Positions 33,553 to 37,764 of a stretch of DNA of 37,764 nt are shown here, in pieces. The translations under genes and the position numbers were made by a program. Source of the DNA: a virus. The DNA is taken from IMG/VR virus record IMGVR_UViG_3300045988_156100. One strand, written 5' to 3'. Position 1 is the stretch's first letter. Every line of letters begins with the position of its first letter. The notes under the pieces were generated by a model. That model had not been told where the DNA came from. It searched no databases and saw only the letters and a program-made list of their open reading frames with translations.

Positions 33553-33768
33553 ATGACCCGCGAGTACCTTGGCGCCGCCGACTTCGCGGCCCGCGCAGGC
33601 CTTGCCCCTGCGACGATCAGGTCGTACATGCGGAAGGGCCTGACCCCGCCCGCTGACGTGCAGATCAGCACCCCGAATGGGCCCCTGCGCGGATGGTCTA
33701 CTGAGACAATCGACGCCTGGCTCGCATCAAGGCCAGGTCAGGGCGCGCGAACCGACCTGCGCAAGTAG
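33553..33768 (+). CDS. Excisionase-like (HTH_17/MerR-type) DNA-binding protein
   Basis: 71 aa with LGAADFAARAGLAPATIRSYMRKG...GWSTETIDAWL, preceded by the SD aaggag. It lies in the integrase-proximal region. Confidence 0.6.
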   Translation: MTREYLGAADFAARAGLAPATIRSYMRKGLTPPADVQISTPNGPLRGWSTETIDAWLASRPGQGARTDLRK

Positions 33769-33789
33769 TGCGCATCACATTACCCTCAC

Positions 33790-33869
33790 TTGCACTATGC
33801 ATCGCGCATGATGTATAGTTAAGTCATCGGGAGGGGAAAGCCCCCCGAAACTCAACGAAGGAGAACACC
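33790..33869 (+). promoter_or_regulatory. Promoter/leader cassette copy 3
   Basis: TTGCAC at 33790-33795, an 18-nt spacer and TATAGT at 33814-33819. The leader hairpin is at 33828-33847 and the SD is AAGGAGA. Confidence 0.75.
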
Positions 33870-34262
33870 ATGGACATCTACGCCGCCACCCAAGCGTTCA
33901 ACGCAGCCGCCAACAAGGCATGGACCACCTGCGACATCATCGATATCCCCGGATGCCCCGGGTGGACGTTCAACGGCCCCGCGCGGCCCACCGTAGGCTT
34001 CTTCGTCGCCATTAGCTACGACGGCCGCGAAATTGCCCGCGCCGACGGCGACGAAGCCGATCCGATGTCGATTCACTTCTACCCGACTCCGCGCGAGGTC
34101 GTCGAGCTTGACGATTTCAAGTGGATCGTCAGGATGATTCGTCAGGGCTTCCTTCTCAGCCTCGACTCCGAGTTCAACCACTGGCTCGCGAACTGCGAGC
34201 GCTTGAGCTATCACTGGGACTTCGATCCCGGGGTCGGAGTGACGGCCCCCGCCGAAGTCTGA
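33870..34262 (+). CDS. Small acidic protein P3 (130 aa, unknown function)
   Basis: It lies behind cassette 3 and is followed by a terminator. My hand count gives about 19 D/E versus 9 K/R. Confidence 0.75.
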   Translation: MDIYAATQAFNAAANKAWTTCDIIDIPGCPGWTFNGPARPTVGFFVAISYDGREIARADGDEADPMSIHFYPTPREVVELDDFKWIVRMIRQGFLLSLDSEFNHWLANCERLSYHWDFDPGVGVTAPAEV

Positions 34263-34271
34263 CAATAAGAG

Positions 34272-34312
34272 AAGGCCCCCACCACCCATGCGAATTGGGC
34301 GGTGGGGGCCTT
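34272..34312. terminator. Bidirectional stem-loop terminator between convergent genes
   Basis: The arms aaggcccccacc and ggtgggggcctt pair, with an inner CCCA/TGGG extension. T-rich flanks are present on both strands. Confidence 0.7.
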
Positions 34313-34323
34313 TCGGTGGCCTG

Positions 34324-35175
34324 CTAGGGGTGGATGTCGGAGGGCCGCGAGCACATGAGGCCGCGCGCTCCCTTAGAGAAGGCCGTCGACGCCTGTCCGC
34401 TGTTCGTGACGATGTGGGCAATGGTGGGTTTCCCGGTCGACGTCAGCATCGTCCATGCTGACGTCGAGGCGTTCCATTCGAGGCCGAGGACGTCCCACTC
34501 GTCAAATCGGGCGTCCGCGAGCTCTGTCTCGTAGAACATGCACATGGTCTTGTAGCCGCGTGCGCGAGCGCGGCGCGCGCCGCCGCCCTTGATAAAGCTC
34601 TTCCAGATCACCCGCTCCTGCGGTCGACCGTTGAAAGCTGCATCGAGGGCCTCATACAAGTCAAGCTCAGACTGCAGGTCACCTTCGGACGCGTCGGCTT
34701 TCGAGGACGTCGTTTTGTGGTCGACTGCGAGGATGACGTCCTTCGGGATGTTGTCGAGGACCTCGTCGAGGAGCATGATCGGCCCAGACGCCTGCTGCAG
34801 TGTTTTGAGTGTCTCCCAGGGCGTGTTCCAGATCGCGTAGTCAGATCCGGGTACAGTGCGGCTGGTTTTCCAGTCGTGCATGAGCACGTACTCACCGCTC
34901 CCGCACCGGCGGACGGAGAGCTCTAGCGCCTTGAAACCAGCGCGCAGCGACGCGTCCAGGCCGCGGCGCGTGAACTCCGGGTACTCGTCTCCACCTAGTC
35001 GGTGGCTGATGTAAAACGGGCGGCCCTGGAAGAAGTTTGCGACAAGGTCCGTGCGCGTCTCGCCGGTTTCGCCGGGCGCGTACAGGCGCTGATCACCACC
35101 ATCGCGGCGACGCCGATACAGACGTCCGACAACGTCGCCGCCCTCGCGGTGACGTACGTGCAGTTGGTTGCTCAC
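34324..35175 (-). CDS. Glycerophosphodiester phosphodiesterase (GDPD)-like protein
   Basis: GTG at 35175 forms a GTGA overlap. ISHRLGGDEYPEFTRRG...KALELSVRRCGSGEYVLMHD resembles the GDPD pattern HRG..PENT...E.D....vv.HD. Confidence 0.6.
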   Translation of the reverse strand: MSNQLHVRHREGGDVVGRLYRRRRDGGDQRLYAPGETGETRTDLVANFFQGRPFYISHRLGGDEYPEFTRRGLDASLRAGFKALELSVRRCGSGEYVLMHDWKTSRTVPGSDYAIWNTPWETLKTLQQASGPIMLLDEVLDNIPKDVILAVDHKTTSSKADASEGDLQSELDLYEALDAAFNGRPQERVIWKSFIKGGGARRARARGYKTMCMFYETELADARFDEWDVLGLEWNASTSAWTMLTSTGKPTIAHIVTNSGQASTAFSKGARGLMCSRPSDIHP

Positions 35176-36233
35176 TTGGGGATCACCACCTGCACGCCGC
35201 ACCCGTTTGTCGCCTGGACGTTGGGGTAGGTGAAGATCGCCTGGTCAGAGCCAGTGGCAGTGCGCTTGGCGACGACGATGGTCTCCCACGCCTCGCCTTC
35301 CTGCAGGGCAGAAACGATCTTCTCCCAGCCTGCAGATACGCTGATCTGCTCGTCTGTCTCGTTCGCGGATGTGCGCTCACACGCCACCGCGAGCGCCAGG
35401 CCCTCGGTTTCGACGACAGGCGCAGTCACCGTCACAGTCTCGGTAGGTTCTTCGTTGCGTTTCTTGACAGCGCCGACGACCGGCTGGCCGCCGCCGCGCA
35501 CGACAATGGCTGCCCACGATCCGGTCACGGGCTTGGAGGTAATGACCTCCATGGTCTCAGCCCATCCGCCGGTCATGATGACGAACCGCATTGTGCCCTG
35601 ATAGTAGGGCTGTAGGAGAGTGTCCCACCCGGTGGGGGCCGTGAAGCCTGCGTCGCCGCCCTTGGTGTTGAGGATGAGGATGACGCGGTCCCCTGCCTGG
35701 CCGCCCGCCGCAGTCACGGTGATGCGGTCGCCTGCCGCGCGGCCAGCGGCATGCGCGACCACTGTGGGAGCCGCCACCGGCGCGGGGCCAGGCGAGGGCA
35801 CATCCGCGGCGAGGAGATAGATTTCCCCGTCCGCGAGCTCAGCGGCCTCCTGCTTCGAGCGCACGACCTTGATGGATGCGAACGCGACGGGATTCCCGTC
35901 GCCGTCGACGATCACGGTGCCGCCCGGCTGAGGGGTCGGCGTGGGCTGGGATCCGGGGGAGAGGAGCTCGCCGATCTTCATGACCTGCCCGTCGGTTAGC
36001 TGCACCTCGCGTTCGGCGAGGATCGCCGACGTCGCCGTCGTCACCGTCAGGACATAACGCCCTGGGGTGAGCGACGTATCGATGTTTCCGTCCTGCGCGT
36101 CGGTGAGGAGACCGCCCACGACGATATCACCCGCTTGCGTGCGCGAGGGGTTGGGCACGGGGGTAGCGTTGAGCGCGACCGCGACGGGCTTTCCGGTCGG
36201 GCCGGTAACGCGCCCGCGAATTGAGACAGCCAT
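35172..36233 (-). CDS. CarboxypepD_reg-like beta-sandwich protein with Pro-rich linkers and a C-terminal domain of unknown function
   Basis: 353 aa. The N-terminal IRGRVTGPTGKPVAVA...LTPGRYVLTV fits the carboxypeptidase-regulatory-like fold pattern. Confidence 0.5.
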   Translation of the reverse strand: MAVSIRGRVTGPTGKPVAVALNATPVPNPSRTQAGDIVVGGLLTDAQDGNIDTSLTPGRYVLTVTTATSAILAEREVQLTDGQVMKIGELLSPGSQPTPTPQPGGTVIVDGDGNPVAFASIKVVRSKQEAAELADGEIYLLAADVPSPGPAPVAAPTVVAHAAGRAAGDRITVTAAGGQAGDRVILILNTKGGDAGFTAPTGWDTLLQPYYQGTMRFVIMTGGWAETMEVITSKPVTGSWAAIVVRGGGQPVVGAVKKRNEEPTETVTVTAPVVETEGLALAVACERTSANETDEQISVSAGWEKIVSALQEGEAWETIVVAKRTATGSDQAIFTYPNVQATNGCGVQVVIPK

Positions 36234-36236
36234 AAT

Positions 36237-36764
36237 CTAGCTTTCTGTGAGGCGCTGCCTGATCATGTCGTGCTCGGCGGCAGCGGCGGATGTTAGTGTG
36301 TCGATCCTTGTCGACAGCGTGGCCGTGTCGCTGTCCTGTCTGGCGGCGATCTGGCTGAGGAGTTGGCCGTGCGCGTCCAGGAGCTGGCCGTGCGCGTCCA
36401 GCGCGTTACTGTGGGCATTGAGGGTCTGCAAGACCGTGGCCTGTGCGCTTTCTACACGGGTAACGGCGTCCTTCATAGACCCGCCGTGATTAGGCGTGAC
36501 CTCATGACGCACCTCAGCGACGGCCTCATCGAGGGCGGCGAGGCGGGCGCTGATATCGCCCGCGATAGCCTCGAGCTGCGCCGAGGTCTCCGCGTGCAGC
36601 CGGTCTGCCTTGGCTTTGCCGACCTGCTCGCGAGCCAACTCAGCGTCAGCCTTCGCCTTCTCGCGCCCCCATTTCAGGCCTGTCGCCACGCTCACGGCGG
36701 TGACGAGGCCGCCAGCAAGCCCGCTGACGGCGCTCATCACCGCCACGAGTTCGGTGGGACTCAC
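36237..36764 (-). CDS. Membrane-anchored coiled-coil protein (lysis-cassette accessory)
   Basis: GTG start in a GTGA overlap with the holin stop. It has an N-terminal TM segment LVAVMSAVSGLAGGLVTAVSVATGL, then coiled coil, and an internal duplicated heptapeptide LDAHGQL. Confidence 0.6.
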   Translation of the reverse strand: MSPTELVAVMSAVSGLAGGLVTAVSVATGLKWGREKAKADAELAREQVGKAKADRLHAETSAQLEAIAGDISARLAALDEAVAEVRHEVTPNHGGSMKDAVTRVESAQATVLQTLNAHSNALDAHGQLLDAHGQLLSQIAARQDSDTATLSTRIDTLTSAAAAEHDMIRQRLTES

Positions 36765-37132
36765 TCGATACGCTCCTCACCGCCGCCCATCAGATCGTCG
36801 CGATCCACGCCGCCGGGCGTGAACGCGCCCACCCAATCAAGGAGAGACCAGCCGTTCACCTTGACACTGGAAAGCACCTGATACACGCTCCACGCAACGC
36901 CGAGGAACACCGACAACTGCGCCGTGAGCAGACGCCAAGTCGCCGGGTACACCCCAGCGACCCACACGCCCGCAGTCACCACCAGCGCGACGACGACAAG
37001 CAAGCCAACGCGGCGCTCGCGGGTCCACCACGGGCGATCCAGCGCCGCCTGGATGAGCGGCCAGATGATGCCGCAGAGGACCGTCATGACGAAGGGGTCC
37101 TGGTGGAGACTGAGCAGCATGTCGTTCATCAT
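36761..37132 (-). CDS. Holin (three TM segments)
   Basis: Start taken at MMNDMLLSL... (ATGA overlap with the endolysin stop). It has three hydrophobic helices and a charged C-terminus. Confidence 0.7.
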   Translation of the reverse strand: MMNDMLLSLHQDPFVMTVLCGIIWPLIQAALDRPWWTRERRVGLLVVVALVVTAGVWVAGVYPATWRLLTAQLSVFLGVAWSVYQVLSSVKVNGWSLLDWVGAFTPGGVDRDDLMGGGEERIE

Positions 37133-37764
37133 GCACCTGCCTTGATGGCGGCGGCGATATCGTCGGCGAGGAGCTTGCGGCGGGCGGCGGCGTCGGCGGC
37201 GATGGAAGCGATGTCGCCGTCGTCGAGGCTGACGGTGTAAGAGTCGTCGAGGGCGTATGCCTTCACCATGTCCGTCCACGTTTTGGCGGACTTCATGGAG
37301 GTGACTGCCAGGGGGGTGACTGCGTAGATGGTGCCGGTTTGCCGGCTTCGGATGAACTGCATCTCTTCTTCCTTGTGTTCGGGTTCGGTTGACGTGTCGG
37401 TGCCGTTGACGAGGGCCATGTAGTAGGCCCAGGGGAAATTGACCCCCGGGTCGGTGTGATCAGACCGCTTGTATACGCGGCTGACCTGGTCGTGGCCGAC
37501 GAAACCGGACTCGCCGGCTGCCAGTTCGGCGTCCGTCAGGTGACGGAGTGGGATGCCGAGGCTGTCGGCGATTTCGCGGGTCGCTGTAGCGGATAGCTGG
37601 AGCATGGACAGGGACGCAGCGTCGCCCCATTCCTCGGGGGATTGCCGGGCGTACCCGGCATGCTCGACCTGATAGCCATCTGAATTGCAGCCGGGGGCTG
37701 CGAACGCGACGGCGGATGCGGGTAGGCAGTACACGACTGAGTCCTGGTCGACGCACATGTGCGC
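37129..37764 (-). CDS. Endolysin, 3' portion (amidase plus C-terminal domain); the 5' end is at 56..202 after circularisation
   Basis: The sequence ...GYQVEHAGYA...GHDQVSRVYKRSDHTDPG... resembles the Amidase_2 type. The frame continues across the junction, giving 260 aa in total. Confidence 0.8.
   Translation of the reverse strand, partial: AHMCVDQDSVVYCLPASAVAFAAPGCNSDGYQVEHAGYARQSPEEWGDAASLSMLQLSATATREIADSLGIPLRHLTDAELAAGESGFVGHDQVSRVYKRSDHTDPGVNFPWAYYMALVNGTDTSTEPEHKEEEMQFIRSRQTGTIYAVTPLAVTSMKSAKTWTDMVKAYALDDSYTVSLDDGDIASIAADAAARRKLLADDIAAAIKAGA

Larger units (their letters stand above)
1..37764. mobile_element. Complete temperate siphovirus-type phage genome, circularly permuted in this window (unit 37,709 bp)
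   Basis: The full set of modules is present: integrase plus attP, CI/Cro-like switch, replication/recombination, HNH-TerS-TerL-portal-capsid-tail, and lysis. The 55-nt terminal overlap closes the circle. Confidence 0.85.

Noticed and set aside
36761-37279. Long N-terminal extensions offered by the ORF track: holin from 37279, major tail from 8387, SSB from 19737, N6 methylase from 27292, RusA from 22874, and paralogues from 22458, 22229 and 22003.
   Set aside because: The extensions are Arg/Pro-rich and overlap the preceding gene. Internal ATG or GTG starts that form ATGA/GTGA/TAATG junctions, or that follow an SD, give compact and sensible proteins.
1-37764. Search for reverse transcriptase/DGR or retron elements, transposases and IS elements, and complete tRNA or rRNA genes.
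   Set aside because: No ORF shows RT (YxDD), DDE-transposase or similar motifs. No template/variable repeat pair was seen near the tail-fibre genes. The only RNA-gene-like sequence is the attP fragment.

Overview
This window is a complete, circularly permuted genome of a temperate siphovirus-type phage or excised prophage. Bases 1-55 are identical to 37710-37764, which gives a unit length of 37,709 bp. The host is probably actinobacterial: G+C is high (roughly two-thirds by eye), GTG/TTG starts are frequent, and the repressor start looks leaderless.

Almost all genes lie on the minus strand as one long, translationally coupled series with many ATGA/GTGA stop-start overlaps. Following the minus strand (descending coordinates):
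- Cro-like switch gene at 29967, then early genes: RecT, a frameshifted N6/N4 methyltransferase, a C5 methyltransferase, a DUF4326 protein, a degenerate C5-methyltransferase paralogue, RusA and a family of six small paralogues.
- Replication initiator with an embedded origin-like repeat array, then SSB.
- HTH/zinc-ribbon regulators, HNH endonuclease, TerS, TerL, portal, MuF-like protein, scaffold and major capsid.
- Connector proteins, major tail protein, G/T chaperones, tape measure and minor tail proteins.
- Endolysin (split by the window ends), holin, a membrane coiled-coil protein, a CarboxypepD_reg-like protein and a GDPD-like phosphodiesterase.

The plus strand carries the CI-like repressor, a tyrosine integrase beside an attP that holds the 3' end of a tmRNA or tRNA, and three cassettes. 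Each cassette has the same strong promoter and structured 5' leader and drives an unrelated small acidic protein.

The points most worth a second look:
- The triplicated promoter/leader module and its acr-aca-like operon.
- A G9 tract that frameshifts the N6/N4 methyltransferase.
- A nested +1-frame ORF with its own Shine-Dalgarno inside the C5-methyltransferase gene.
- A catalytically degenerate C5-methyltransferase paralogue.
- The six-member small-protein family.
- The origin-like array, which includes a 7-nt x5 repeat inside the replication gene.
- A roughly 1-kb ORF-free, structure-rich region between the repressor and attP.
- The enzymes encoded after the lysis cassette.

Functional calls rest on motifs I recognised by eye and on synteny. 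No database search was possible.
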